This document shows positions 38,740 to 52,679 of a DNA stretch of 64,000 nucleotides, in pieces. Source of the DNA: Octopus sinensis (Eukaryota); assembly GCF_006345805.1 (NCBI RefSeq), contig NC_043010.1:48174001-48238000 (forward strand), in the 5' to 3' direction. Position numbers and translations under genes: made by a program. The stretch's first letter is position 1; every line of letters begins with the position of its first letter. Below the pieces are notes generated by a model. It was not told the origin of the DNA, did no database searches, and saw only the letters and a program-made list of their open reading frames with translations.

Positions 38740-38934
38740 AAATTATAATTTTATATATATATATATATACATACACAGAGTGTGGTGAATGAAAATAACA
38801 CTGACATCTCACCGTTAAATACAACAATCGATATAGTCACTGTACAATATGTATTTTTTGTGGGGGCCCAAGGGTGGAAAAACTGAAGGGTTGGCCCAGG
38901 TGGCACACACTCTAGCTACACCATTGGATCTAGC

Positions 38935-39070
38935 GGTAGACCAAGAATGAGACGATTGGATAATATCCATTGTCTCAATCGGTCATGCTTAAGAATTCAG
39001 CCAGAAAGTGTAATGATAGTTACTTCTGATAGAACCCTATGGAAGAGGTGCCAAGGGGTCGCTACACCCA
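38935..39070 (+). mobile_element. RTE LINE C-terminal fragment
   Basis: SGRPRMRRLDNI...TSDRTLWKRC resembles the GRPR..WLD..DR..WR motif. Confidence 0.5.
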
Positions 39071-39226
39071 AGAATAGTGGGTCGATGGATAATAGTGAAA
39101 GAAAGATGACTGAGTGGTTTTTGCTTTTCTTGATTAGAATGATGTCAGTGAGAGATGAAAATGCATTTTCCTGTTATCTATCTCCATTATAAAAGACAGT
39201 CACAAATGCTTAACCTTTTTTTTTTT

Positions 39227-39449
39227 TTACTACCCACAAGGGGCTAAACGCAGAGAGGACAAACAAGGATAGACGAATGGATTAAGTCGATTATATCGAC
39301 CCCAGTGCGTAACTGGTACTTATTTAATCGACCCCGAAAGGATGAAAGGCAAAGCCAACCTCGGCGGAATTTGAACTCGGAACGTAACGGCAGACAGAAT
39401 ACCGCAAAGCATTTCGCCTGGCATGCTAACGATTCTGCCAGCTCGCCGT
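39227..39449 (-). mobile_element. Family B Nin-domain SINE
   Basis: Near-consensus copy. Others at about 7555-7780, 9012-9225, 9651-9864, 12404-12633, 13660-13850, 16470-16655, 23390-23612, 32155-32540, 34435-34675, 40920-41115 and 62820-63040. Confidence 0.85.
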
Positions 39450-40229
39450 CACAAATGCTTAACCCTTTAGCATTCAGATTACTCTGCCAAATATAATGAT
39501 TGTGTATTCACATTGCTTTGAATTAATCAGGCTTTGTCTCATAGCTTTGAGATTTCGATGATGCAGTTGCATATTTCTAGAATGACAACATTGTTGGGTA
39601 GGTGTAAGGAGCTGGATCTGGCCAGTTTGAACTCAAAGCAGGTGGATATGGATGGTTTGAATGCTGTCATATTAAGTTGCCCATACAGCCAAAAATAACT
39701 ATCCACAGTTGTTTTCTGGTTAAAAAAAACAGCCAAAATCTCTTACAAATTATTACATTGTAACAGAATTTAATTTTTTTTTTGTTTTTTGTCAGTATGT
39801 GTTATTTAATTCTATCTAGAAAATCAATAAGTGTTATTTGCTTCTATTCTAGAAATCTAAGGAAATCACTATTATTCCCTTCAAACTTTGCATTAGTGAC
39901 CTGGACGTCAATGTTTTCAAACTGATCTATTTTCCATTAAATTTCAGACAGATTCAGTTGTTGAATTGCTGAAGTAGAGATATCGTTATAGCAAGTGTTC
40001 TACTCAATAGCACAGATTTGCTTGTCAGATGTTTGACTGTAACCAGTTGAGCATGTCCCTTTGTGGTTGACAATATGAGCATCTCTGATCACGAGCAGAA
40101 ACAGTGGGTGAGCAACATAGCCATGTGTTGAGAGGGATTCTTTGGGGTTTGAATAAATGTAACAAAAGCAAAGTTTGAAGGAAATATTAGCCATTTTCAA
40201 TAATTTCTATGGGTAAGCAAATAGGAAAT

Positions 40230-40411
40230 AACAGTTGCTACCCAAGGACAAACATTGTGTTAAACAGTGTTATTATTTACATTCGACGGATATTTGTCCT
40301 CATCTTGTTTGTTGTTAACACAACATTTTGGCTGATATACACTCCAGCCTTCATCAGGTGTCTTGGGGAAATTTCGAACCTGGTTTCTCATTCCTAAGGT
40401 ATTTTTCGATG

Positions 40412-40420
<9 letters not shown>
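40230..40420 (-). mobile_element. Penelope-like pseudo-LTR fragment carrying a degenerate minimal hammerhead
   Basis: Minus strand GACAC CUGAUGA A GGCUG..CAGCC AAAAU GUU GUGUU. Comparable fragments at about 4380-4570 and 29280-29480. The Penelope assignment follows from the known association of minimal type I hammerheads with these elements. Confidence 0.55.
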
Positions 40421-40442
<22 letters not shown>

Positions 40443-42499
40443 TATTGTTCAGGTCACTGTTTGGAATCGAACTCGGAATCTTGGGGTTAGTAGCCCGTGC
40501 CCTTAACCACTACGCCAAATGCCCGTGGCCTTATTGTTGTTTAATGCCCTCTTTTCCATGTTTGCATAGGTCAGACAGAATTTTGTGGAGGTAGGTTTTC
40601 TACAGCTCAATGCCCTTCCTGTTGCAGATCCTACCTAGTTTCCAAGCAAGGTAATATTTCCCATGGCTAGGCATGTTTTTCGTGGATGACTGGAAACAAA
40701 CATCACTTGTATAACAGTGACACATATTTATAACAATCACATGATGTCAAGACAAGGGTGTACACACATACAAACATCATCAACGTTCATCATTTAACAT
40801 CCACTTTTCCATGCTAGTGTGGGTTGGACAGACTTTGTTGAGGTAGACATTTCTATGGCTGGATGCCTTTCCTACAGCCAATTAACCTGTTTTTAAGCAA
40901 GGTAATATTTCCTGTGTTAAGGCAGCGAGCTGGTAGAATCGTTAGCCCGCCAGGCGAAATGTGTAGCCGTATTTCGTCTGCCGTTATGTTCTGAGTTCAA
41001 ATTCTTTCGGGGTCGATAAATTAAGTACCAGTTATGCACTGGGATCGATGTAATCGACTTAATCTGTTTGTCCTCTCTGTGTTTAGCCCCTTGTGGGTAG
41101 TAAAGAAATAGGTAATATTTCCTATGTTCAAACATGCTTTCAACAGAAAACTGGAAATAAACAACACTGCTTGTATAACAGTGATGCTCATTTACCACCA
41201 TCACATGATGTCAAGACAAGAGCACACACATACACACATGACAAGCTTCTATCAGTTTCTGCCAACCAAATCCACTCACAAGGCTTTAGTTGGCCCAGGG
41301 CTATAAGACACTGGTTCAAGGCGTCAAGTAGTGGGACTGAACCAGAGACCACATGACCGGGAAGCAAGCTGATCAACCACACAACTACACCCTATTAAAT
41401 GGGAAGGAAACAGTGTGATTGATGTAAACTTAGATACCTCTTAAAAAGACAGGATGGTCACGGTTAGAATGTTTCTGATCATAACTCTGCTTGATCAGGG
41501 CTGACCTGGTGCTTTAATGTATTTAACAAAACTGAAAACAAAGAGACCTTGTACATCTGAACAGAACAGAGTTCTATGTTATTTCTAACTGAAGAACCAA
41601 AGCAGGGTTACAATCAGAGTTATAATGGTGACATTTGAAAAGAAGACCAGCTTCAATATTTATGAGCAAATGACAAATCTGACTACGAAAAAATCTTGAT
41701 AGAAGAATTTCACAAACTGATGCGTAGCCTCAAGTCAACTCTGATGACCACAGGCCTTCCAGCTTGTGACCATTTGACCATTTCGTTTTTGCTTTTCAGA
41801 TATAGTATATATGTAATGCAGTAAGGTGTAGGCAAAAGAGGTTTGGCTGCTACTTCTAGCAGGTCCAGCGACCATGTAGAGGCACATTCGTTAGTTTCAC
41901 ATACTTTACATACTTTTGCTTTTACATATTCATGTATAACATTTAACGTTTTAGTGGAGAGAGAAGTGGGCATTATGACAGTCGTTCCTTGTTTTGTTAA
42001 ATACTTTAAGAACAGTGTTACCAATGATTTTAGCGAAAAACAGATACATGCACACTGCAAGAAACAGCAGCCAAATCTTCCAAATATTGCATACTGTGAT
42101 CTTTAAAAAGGACACATCGGAAAGAGTTGTGTCAGGGGATACTAATGAAGTTCGTAGTGACGTGGGGGAGAAAGGGGTTTGGTGTTTTGGGCCTGTCCTA
42201 CGTCAAAGTAGTTTTGTATACAACGCAGTTTATCGCACAACATACATTAAACTCCTTTAATATCAATTTAACATTCGTAACCCTTAAAATAAAAACATTA
42301 GGAGAATTAAATAACACTAGTAGCAAAAACAGCAATGCAAATAATGATAAACTACAAACAATTTCCACATTGAAATTCCCAAAATTTCCTCTGCTTGTGT
42401 GTGTGTGTATGAGTGTGTAAAGGAGAGGGAAAATTCTTAATTAAGAACTGCAGGTTAACACAATCAAGGACGACTTTGGGACTAAACAACAAACAACAG

Positions 42500-43248
42500 T
42501 AACACCCATTCAAAGAACAGAATTAAAACGAATAACAATGTTTTTTTTTTTTCTACGACATCCGTAAATTATACAAAACAAATATTTGGTGTCTAAATAT
42601 AGTCTCTTTTTCTCTCTCTAAATATAATTTTTCTGTTTCGTTGCATCAAAGCCGGGTACTGCAGTAATTTTTTTTTCTCTTATGATAGATTATTACGCGA
42701 TTAATCAGACTGATATATATATATGCGATATACAGATATATAGATATATAAAGTGATCCTGACCTGGAGAAACACTGAAAAATTCCTTGTAAATCGCCGC
42801 CGATTTCAAGTTTTCAGAACTCTATGAACAGACGCACAAACTCTGTCTGTTAGTATGTGTGTAGATGAAAATATAAATCACTAACTATAAAAAAAAAACT
42901 TGAATGTATTAGTTTGTTGTTAGTAAAAAAAAATATATACAATCTTATCACTGAAACTGTTAATACGTGTGTTGTTGGTGAAAGAAATATTTGAAAGGTC
43001 GGTGGGAGACGGAAAAAAACAGCGGCATTACATATTTACGAAGAGGAATTGGTAAACATTTACTTGTAATGATGATGTATAAATAAATAAAGAAATAAAG
43101 AAAGAAGAAAAAAACAAATGTCAGTTTCACTACACACATACAGTCAACTGTTTCTGCACAGGGGCATTCAATGAAACACAACACACACATACGTGTTTTC
43201 AATGAAAAATCAAAATATATATTAAATACACACACATATATATTAAAG

Positions 43249-43311
<63 letters not shown>

Positions 43312-44750
43312 TATATATACACGCATACATACATTTATATATAATACGCGGGGGGTGTGTAGGGTTTAAACAAAATAGTGATTCGCTTTTCCTTAAAAGA
43401 AATCAACACATTGGTGTTACACTCCTCTAAATATATACTTGTATGATCAAATGCGATATGTGTGTGTGTATTTGCATTTATTAAAATGCTTTTCTCAAGA
43501 TTTCACTGTTTTTGAAACGAAATTTACACTTTCATTAGCTTTTTATCGCGGACTTTTAACCTTGAATATTAAATATTTGATTCTATTTTAAGTTGTTTAC
43601 ATAATTTGTATTTTATCTCATGGACTATATAGTGTAATTTTACTTTTCTTTGATTTGAGTTCGAAATAGATAAATTGAAAACAAAACTGAAAGATCGTCA
43701 TGAAATAACATGTATTTCTTCTCTATTTTTACGCCCACACACACCAGAACTTTTTTAAAAAGTTGATAGTACTTTATACTGTACAAGACGAGTGTCATCG
43801 ATTTACTTTTATGGAATACTTTCGTTCTTTAAAACACGTAGATATCCTCGTTTGTTGTTCGTAACAACATCAGGCCAGCTCTGGGACTTCACCATTCATC
43901 CCGCCTTTAACAGTGCCCTTCTGCTTGCAAGATATTAGCGTGTGATTTGGAGGAAATTTGGCTGTTATTTGTGACAGATTAAGCGACCACATATAGGTTC
44001 TGATCTCACCTTTTATTAAATAATAAACAATCAATTAGTTTAAAATAGAGATCGCAAGTAAATTGATTGGACCCACATTGTACAGAAGTGCCAACATTTG
44101 AGCGAGCGAGCGAGAGAGAGAGAGAGAAAAAGAGAGAGAGAAAGAAAGAGAGAGAGAAGTGCTAGTTACATGGAACAATATTTTTTAAAGTAGAAGAAAC
44201 GGAATTTACCTGAATATAGATTTACTTGAGCAAAAACGAAAAATAAAGATAACTTTAAAAAATAAAGATGAAAAAAAAAAAAAAAAGGTAAAACCAAGTT
44301 ATTTAGTTGCACATCGGACTTTGTTAATAAAACAAACCAAAAATGTCTAAATAGCCGAAGTAGATATTGGAAGAAGGAAATAAAACACACCAAGACTTTT
44401 AAAGCTGCATGTAAATAAAAATACACTTAATGTCATACCTGTCACGCGGTTAGCGCTTGCAGCTCGCCGACAACACGAAACAACAAACTGTATGTAAGTG
44501 TGTGTTGTTGAGGAAGAACATTTAAAAGCCAGGGAAGATCGTGTAGCAACGGATTTTGTTTATACTGCGAAGAAGTAACGTGCTGAACCGAATAGGTTTG
44601 GCGCGCGTTTCACAAACAGAGCGCAGTTTGTGCTAGAGATTGCCTGCTGACAATTTTGGTCTTAACAATACTCGTATGAATCGCTTATTATGACGGCGTG
44701 AAAGGAAAAATAATTACTTTTACATGTTCGTGAACAATGTTTTTATTCAT
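42500..44750. promoter_or_regulatory. CpG-retaining putative promoter region, with a candidate minus-strand first exon ending at 44439
   Basis: CpG is visibly frequent compared with the CpG-depleted flanks. There is a CAG|gtatga donor on the minus strand at 44439/44438 and an E2F-type TTTGGCGC motif at 44597-44604. No transcript evidence. Confidence 0.45.
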
Positions 44751-45347
44751 ATAACGGATGCTTTAGCAGCAGTGTTTCCCAAACATTTTACTCTCAGAGG
44801 GTTAAAAAAAAAAAAAAAAAAAGGGCCTAAGGAACCTCTTCATAAAAGAATTTATTATCTATCTTAATTAAGCTTATAAATTAAATTTCGTGGAAAGTTA
44901 AAGAAATTTTAAAACTTATTAGCAAACTTTGGCACTGTTAAATCCATCAGATACCCCAAAATGGGTTTAAGAAGTTTCATCTTAACCAAAACCTTTTTTA
45001 AAATACCATGTCCCATAGAACTAAAAATTATTATATAGGGGGCGGGTGGGGTAGAATGAGTAAAACTAACTGCATTTTTTACTGAGAAAAAAAAATTTTT
45101 TTTTAACCACCTTACAAATAACTATACCAGCTAAGCAAATGATCTTCTTTAAATGCATTGAAAATACTATAACATATTCAGAACACTACTTCAGAAAATT
45201 ATCACCATTCACTTTGAACATATAAAAGATAAATTTGGCTGGGGCAAAATGAGTAAGACAAGAATCACATTTGAAAAAAGACTCATACACATCAATATCT
45301 GTGATGTGAAGGTGGAAATGAGAAACAGAAAGAAGCAGAGGGAGAAT

Positions 45348-46925
45348 TATGGGGCCTTACCTGTCTACATGAAAGGGGTCACTCACAATGTCCACATGGT
45401 CTGTCTGCTGCCATACCGTCCAACAGGTCTGCTCTCGTACACTGTCAACTAGGAACTGCCCACTCACGACTCACAGACGCCTGCATACCCACCATAGCCC
45501 TTCTGGTGGGACCCACAGGCCTCACTCCCGATAGGGCCTGTGTTCTTTCACTTCTGGTCTGGTCCTTCCCTCCAACACAGTCTGGCTCATAACACCACAT
45601 GTCCCACCTGATCTGAAAGATCATTCAACCAACCTGCCTACACCCTCTCCTCAACCCCGACCACACACCTTAACTTGTCTCGTAATCAACCAACCAGTGA
45701 GGAGGGCACCGCTCCCTCTGCGACCACTATGGGACTTCGGAACTGGCCTCAGTCCCTGGCATGTTGCTGCTGGATTCATCATCTTGTCCGTCGCTGCTGG
45801 CTCCATCCGCCGATGCATTGATGATCCTGTGCAAGTCCAAAACATGATGTGGCATTCCATCTACGGACACATTATTCCTTGAATTTACAGAGGTTATTGT
45901 CCTCTTTCTCCATTGTGATGTGCACCATGCATTTGGGGGTTTCACCCAGACTTCTTCCCCGACCAGTCTCTTCTGCAGGTTGCAGCGATGCAATACATGG
46001 ATGTCTCTACTCACACTTGAATATTGCCCTGTGTGGCACTGACTCCTCAGCCTGTTCCAATCTGGGCAACATATCATACCAAAAAATGGCTTTGGTCAGT
46101 GAGATGTGGCCCCTCTCTGCCATGGTCTTGATGTCCTGAAGAAGCGGCTAACATGCCACTTGTTGAGCATTTCCCTCAGCACCTCTGAGTGGAACACAGT
46201 GCTATTGTCCACATGCAGCTCATCCATGGGACCTTGTTCTAGGAAAATCTCATTTAGTATTCTTGTGTTTTCCTCCGCCGTCCCTGTCTTCATCTGCCTC
46301 TATATCGCCAGCCACCCTGGTCTGCAGTTGACCATTGAGAGGTATGTGCTGGTAGTGCATCACATCCACTGTCAGTTGTTTCCAGTTGTGTTCCACTGGA
46401 ATGCTTCCTGCCTCATGCACACCTGGAGTGGGGTCAATGGACTGACACCTGTCGCAGCTCCCAACTACTTTCTGCACACTCTTCCTGGTCACGTCAGAGT
46501 CAACCTTCCTGGCTAGGAACAGTGTACTGTCCACACCCATGTGATGCAGAGTATGCAGTCTCCGCAGCTCTGAGTCACTCAGTTGACACACTGCAGCCAC
46601 TCCTTGCTCGGAATCCTCTGGCACCTTCAACTAGGCTTTCTTTATTCTGGTCAGGACGTCCGCTCTGTTCCTCTCAGAGGGCACAAAAACCACACTCAGC
46701 CTTAGATTGAACTCAGTAGCAATCTCACTCAGAATTCCCAAATGGCATCTTATCAGCATCTCTGTGCTCTCTTTGGTTCACACTCAGTGACCACTGATCC
46801 CACCCATCTAAGTACAGTGGCCGAATTGGTCCGGATCTCGATGGTATACTGCCCCCACCTCAGGGTCAGGTTCACCCCATTCAACATGGCATCCAACTCT
46901 AACTTGGTCACCTAGATAATAGAAG
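45348..46925 (-). mobile_element. Ty3/Gypsy LTR retrotransposon 3' portion: partial RNase H, frameshifted integrase, PPT and 3' LTR
   Basis: Zn-binding HTLHHMG...CDRCQ, core LTVDV...DELHVDNSTVF, and C-terminal VWVKPPNAWCTSQW...NVSVDGMPHHVLDL. Polypurine tract gaggagaggg (45643-45652) is directly followed by TGtagg (45642). The LTR runs to about 45348. Confidence 0.85.
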
Positions 46926-46982
46926 CTATCTACTACCTCTAGTTTGCCCCACTGGTAGTTGATTGAGTCAATTTTCTGCAAA

Positions 46983-47074
<92 letters not shown>

Positions 47075-47400
47075 TATATATATATATATGTCCTCCCATC
47101 ACCACTAGACAACTAGTGCTGGTATGTTTACGACCCTGTAATCTAACAGTTCACCAAAAGAGACTGATAGAATAAGTACTAGGCTTAAAAAGTAGGTCCT
47201 TGGCCAGTTTGTTTGACTAAAAGCCTTCAAGACAGTGCTCCAGCATGGCTGCAGTCAAATAACTGAAACAAGTAAAAGAATATATATATGTATATATGTG
47301 TGTGTATATATATCATCATTGTCATCGTTTAATGTCCGCTTTCCATGCTAGCATGGGTTGGACGATTTGACTGAGGACTGGCGAACCAGATGGCTGCACC

Positions 47401-47843
47401 AGTTTATAGCCAGTTAAAAGAAGAAAAGAAAATGGAAATAAGGAAGTTAGTTATTTATTAACAAATTAGTCATCTTTGCTTCTTACAACAGTTTCATTTA
47501 ATATTCAATAATTTAATTACAAATTTGTGCATTAAATTTGTATTTATGTGACAGGAGCATAATTCCATCAGAGGAGGGAAAAAAAAGGTACCTCGGGATG
47601 TTATAAGTGGACCCATCAATTCATGTCCACATATGACATCCCAAGGTAAATCTTTTTTTTGTTCCTCTGATGAAATTATGCTCATGTCATATAAATGCAA
47701 ATTTAATCTACAAATTTGTAATTAAATCATTGAGTATTAATTGAAATGGCTGTAAGAAGCGAAGATGACCAATTTGTTAATAATAAATTATTGTTAACTT
47801 CCTTATCTCCATTTTCTCTCCTTCTTTTAACTGGATATAAACT
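47401..47843. repeat. Fold-back palindrome with arms of about 215 bp
   Basis: agtttatagccagttaaaagaag... / ...cttcttttaactggatataaact, centred near 47620 (gtggac ccatcaattcat gtccac). Confidence 0.88.
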
Positions 47844-48192
47844 ACATGCTTAAAGTATACCTATTGTTTTAAGGGAATTTCAATCCCCAACAATACTAGG
47901 TGTTGAACCAGTATTTCCTTGGATGCAACCATCCCTTCATGGGGTTAACATATCCTCATGCCAGCATAGAAGGTGGACATTAAATGATGATGATGCTTCT
48001 GTCCAGTTTTTGTACATACAAACTAATATATTTTGTTTATTGTTCCTTCACTTGTCTCTGTTTTGTTTTTTTGTACAAGAATAATAAGGATTATTACGAA
48101 GTGGCATAGCATTACTTCTAATTCCTTTTTATATATACAGCCTCACACAGACCTACACATTTCAAGTGCATTGATTAGTAACCGATTATGTA

Positions 48193-48640
48193 TACAGGTT
48201 GTCGTCGACTTACGACCACAATTCATTCTGACTGACTGGTTGTAAGTCGATTTGGTCATAAATCAGCCTATTAGCCTACATAGCTTTGTTTTATATTTTT
48301 ACATTCTTAAGGTACATTCTTAGGTAAAAGTCACACACAGCATTCTGTATTATACTGGCATCAGTCAAAAATTTTGGAGTCTCAAGCAGTCATCTTGTAA
48401 ACAAATGTGAGGTTGCCTCAATGTCTCTGAGACAGGATATTCATCCAACACTTGGGATAACCAAACCTAGAGCAAGCATTTGTTAGCTGCCATCATCCAT
48501 AGATGGGTTAATTTCTAAGAAATTAAACCTATTAGATTTCAAATGGATTATTTATTATTCCTGCTGGGAGCTGGTGTATCAATTGTCGTAAAGTTGATTG
48601 ATCGCAAGTCAGATACATTGTAAGTGAACGACAACCTATA
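48193..48640. mobile_element. pogo/Tigger-type MITE
   Basis: TAcaggttgtcgtcgacttac / gtaagtgaacgacaacctaTA inverted termini. Confidence 0.7.
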
Positions 48641-49299
48641 TGTGTGTGTATGTATGTATGCATGTATATTATATATATATATGTGTATTTATGTATATTA
48701 TATATATATATGTGTATGTATGTATATTGTATGTGTTTGTGTGTGTATATGTATGTACATTAAATGTTTGTGTGTTGGATGAAATGCTGTTAAGCATTTT
48801 GTATGGTATGCTAATGTTTGTGTTATATTGCTATCTTCTCTCATGGGTTAAAAACGAAGAAAAATGTTTTTTAACCCAATTTTATTTCCAAACCAACAAA
48901 AACCACGAGGAAGCTGCCTCTACACTGTTGTTTGATAGGCCAGAAATAGTTGCCATATTTCCCTCAAAGCACACTCTAACCCTGGTATCTTACATACTAA
49001 AGAAAACGTTATGTAATATCATTCTAGATACCTCTAAAAAGATGGTCAGGTCATGGTTGAAATGCCTTCCATAGTAAATTTACTTGGCAAGGACTGACAT
49101 GGGGATTAAAAGAATTAATTCAGGTTGCCATCATGTGCCTAAATTCCTTCTTGTGACCATCCTTATTCTTGATGCACAATGGCAAACACATGATGTCATT
49201 GATCATGTGATTGGTTTATGATGCTAATGGCATTCAAAACTTTCAGCTCTTGTTCTTTGTAATCCACTGATAAGTAAAATCAGTCAAAACAAGACAGCT

Positions 49300-49620
49300 T
49301 GCATGAAACTTTTAGGTGATGGTTAATAATCCTGGAGGTGTTATTAAAAGTCTGCTTACTCTCAGAAAGAAAACTGCAACGGCATCAAATAATTTGATTT
49401 GTGAAGGCAGCAGTGAATTTATTAACAGTAAACGTTTGTGACATTTCACTTAATCTAACCTCAAAAATCACATAGAACTTTCAGAAAAGCCGACAACAAC
49501 CAATATTACATACATGTAAAATTGAACCACCTACAAAATGTCAAGTATATAACCAAAGGCATCAAGCAAGATAATTGGGACTTTGTTCCAAAGTGAAGAC
49601 GCCTATTACCAAGGCCATGG
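49300..49620 (+). mobile_element. Decayed pogo/Tigger transposase (CENP-B-type HTH region)
   Basis: SLLTLRKKTATASNNLICEGSSEFINSKRL*HF..SNLKNHIELS weakly parallels the KA..F.AS.GW..RFK motif. Confidence 0.35.
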
Positions 49621-50067
49621 AACTATAGAATGTATAATGGTGATATTACCAAACAAGTGTGCATGTGCATGCTAGCACACACACACACACATTGGTCAAT
49701 AATAGAGAATACATAAATCTTCTCCATAGGCACAGGCATGGCTGTGTGGTACGAAGCTTGCTTTCCAACCACATAGTTCTGGGTTCAGTCCCACTGTGTG
49801 GCATGTTGGGCAAGTGTCTTCTACTATAGCCCCAGGTTGACCAAAGCATTGCAAGTGGATTTGGTAGATGGAAACTGAAAGAAGCCTGTAATATATATAT
49901 ATATATATATAATATATATATATATATATAAAATTTAATAAGGGTAGAAATTGATATTAATCAATTAAAACCAGTGGCCTAGCATATTAAAAAATCCAAA
50001 GATTAAAATATTTTTACATACAAAATTTAAAGGACTGACCGTCCACTTTTTAGTGGTCAGTCCTTTA

Positions 50068-50110
<43 letters not shown>

Positions 50111-50965
50111 ATATATATATAATATATATATATATCATCATCATCGTCTTTGTTCCCCCACCATCACTTGACAACTGTTAGTGTGTTTATGTCCCTGTAA
50201 CTTAACAGTTCAGCAAAAGAGACCGATAGAATAAGTACTGGGCTTACGAAGAATAAGTCCTTGGGGTTGATTTCTTCGACTAAAGAAAACCCTTCAAGGC
50301 AGTGCTCCAGCATGGCCACAGTCAAACGAGTAATGGTAACATAATGACTGACCCTTGAAATAAAGGTGGAGGAGGAGGAGGAAACCAGAGAATAACAGGT
50401 GTTTAGTATTTGGCATCATATTTGGATTTAGATAAACAGGAATCAACAGAAAGAGAATTCTAATATCCTGGAGCATATGTTGACTGAGAGAGAAGGAGAG
50501 AGAATTAGTTTTAACACTGTAACAGCAGTGGTCTGAAAATATTGATTAAGTCTTTTAATGCGACCGATTTAGAAACAATAGGAACAAACTGCAGGGATAT
50601 CTATATATCTATATATCTATATCTATATCTATATCTATATATATAATTGATAGTATGTTCGTTGATATTCTCCAACCAATATTGAGTTACAGATATTTTA
50701 TAAATCACTGACTGATGTTCTGTATATACTGAATGCAAAACAGATTGAAGCATTCTGAACATATATAATTTATTAATGTTAGCCCTGCTGGGGTCAACAA
50801 AGACTTGTTAATATCCAATTTGCAAGCAATTAAGGTGTTAATTAGTATTTCACAATGAGATAGTCGCAAGAATGTTTAAACATTTGTGGTCTTCTTGAAA
50901 TAGATTTGATAATTGCACCAAAAATTCATACATTATTTTTTAATATCAACCTGCCTGAGATTGAC

Positions 50966-51335
50966 TGTTTCAGTCATTTGACTGTGGCCATGTTGGAGCA
51001 CCGCCTTCAGTCGAGCAAATCGACCCCAGGTCTTATCTTTTGTAAGCCTAGTACTTATTCTATCGGTCTCTTTTGCCAAACTGCTAAGTTACGGGGACGT
51101 AAACACACCAGCATCGATTGTCAAGCGCTGTTGGGGGGACAAACACAGACACACACACACACACACACACATATATACGATGGGCTTCTTTCAGTTTCTG
51201 TCTACCAAATCCACTCACAAGGCTTTGGCGGCCCAAGGCTATAGTAGAAGACACTTGCCCAAAGTGCCACGCAGTGGGGCTGAACCCTGAACCATGTGAT
51301 TCGTAAGCAAGCTACTTACCACACAGCCACTCCTA
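50966..51335 (-). mobile_element. Full-length family A CORE-like SINE
   Basis: Reverse complement of the family consensus seen in the forward copies. Confidence 0.88.
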
Positions 51336-52004
51336 CACTTATGGACTGTACAAGTTTGTTTGCTTGTTTGTTTTACATCTGTTTTTCCAAGGTAGCATGG
51401 GTTGGATGAGTATATAGTATTGAAGGCACAGGCGTGGCTGTGTTTTTAAGAAGTTTGCTTCTTAACCATGTGGTTTCAGGTTCAATCATACTGTATGACT
51501 CTTTGGGCAAGAGTCTCTTACTACCAACCAAAGCATAGTGAATGGATCTGGTAGACAGAAACTGAAAATAGCCATCACACACACAGTGTGTATGTAGACA
51601 TGTGCATACATGCATGAGCATGTGTGCGCCCTTGTCTTGACATCATTTGCTGGTTGTAAATGAATATCATTCATTTCCAATATTCTGGAAAAATATGTTT
51701 GGCCATGGGGAGATACTACTTTGCTTGGAAAGACGCAAGGGCTGGAGAGAGGTAGGACATCCAACCACAGAATATCTACCTGAACAAATTCAGTCTGACC
51801 CATGCCAGCATAGAAAAGTGAAAGTTAAAACAATGATGATGATGATGAAACATAGTTTTACAGTCAGATTCCCTTGCTGTTGCTCACCATTACATGCTTT
51901 TCAAGTAAGAGATTATTTATTCTGCTTGTCTTTGGAAGTTTAGGGCTAGAGGACAATTTGCTGACAAGGAATGTCAGTAAACATCATCGATTTCTAGCTC
52001 ACTG

Positions 52005-52067
<63 letters not shown>

Positions 52068-52592
52068 CATCATCATCGTTTAATGTCCATTTTTCCATGC
52101 TGGCATGGGTTGGACGATTTGACAGGAGCTGACAGGCTGGGGAGCTGTCCAGATCCAATTGTCTGCTGTGGCATGGTTTCTATGGCTGGATGCCTTTCCT
52201 AACACCAATAAAAATATATATTAGGCTTCCACACTTATATATATATATATATATGTTAGGCTGCCATGCATTGTCTGTCTGTCAATTTCACACACAAGTT
52301 ACTGGTCAGGCTTAAGTTACTGTAAAAGACACTTGTCCAATGTGCTGTACAGTGAGCTAGAACTCAACACCTCATGTTAAGAAAGTGAATGTCAAACCCA
52401 CACAGCCATACCTATGTCTATTCAAATTTATATATAGATAATATTCATATTTAATATAAAATCGTGACTGGTGTCTCATTATAACATGAATGATATAAGA
52501 TTTCATTTGGGCAACACCAACATTTATATAATAGATTAATGTAAACCAGTTCTTTCTCTATCGGCAAAAAATCTTGAAATAAACTGAATAAT

Positions 52593-52634
<42 letters not shown>

Positions 52635-52679
52635 TTATACACAAAACAGTGAATGCAGTAAAGGAACCACAAAGAAGAA

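Noticed and set aside
50015-50065. 18-bp-arm hairpin aaatttaaaggactgacc/ggtcagtcctttaaattt
   Set aside because: It is short, lies within a SINE-internal TA expansion, and most likely comes from local template switching.
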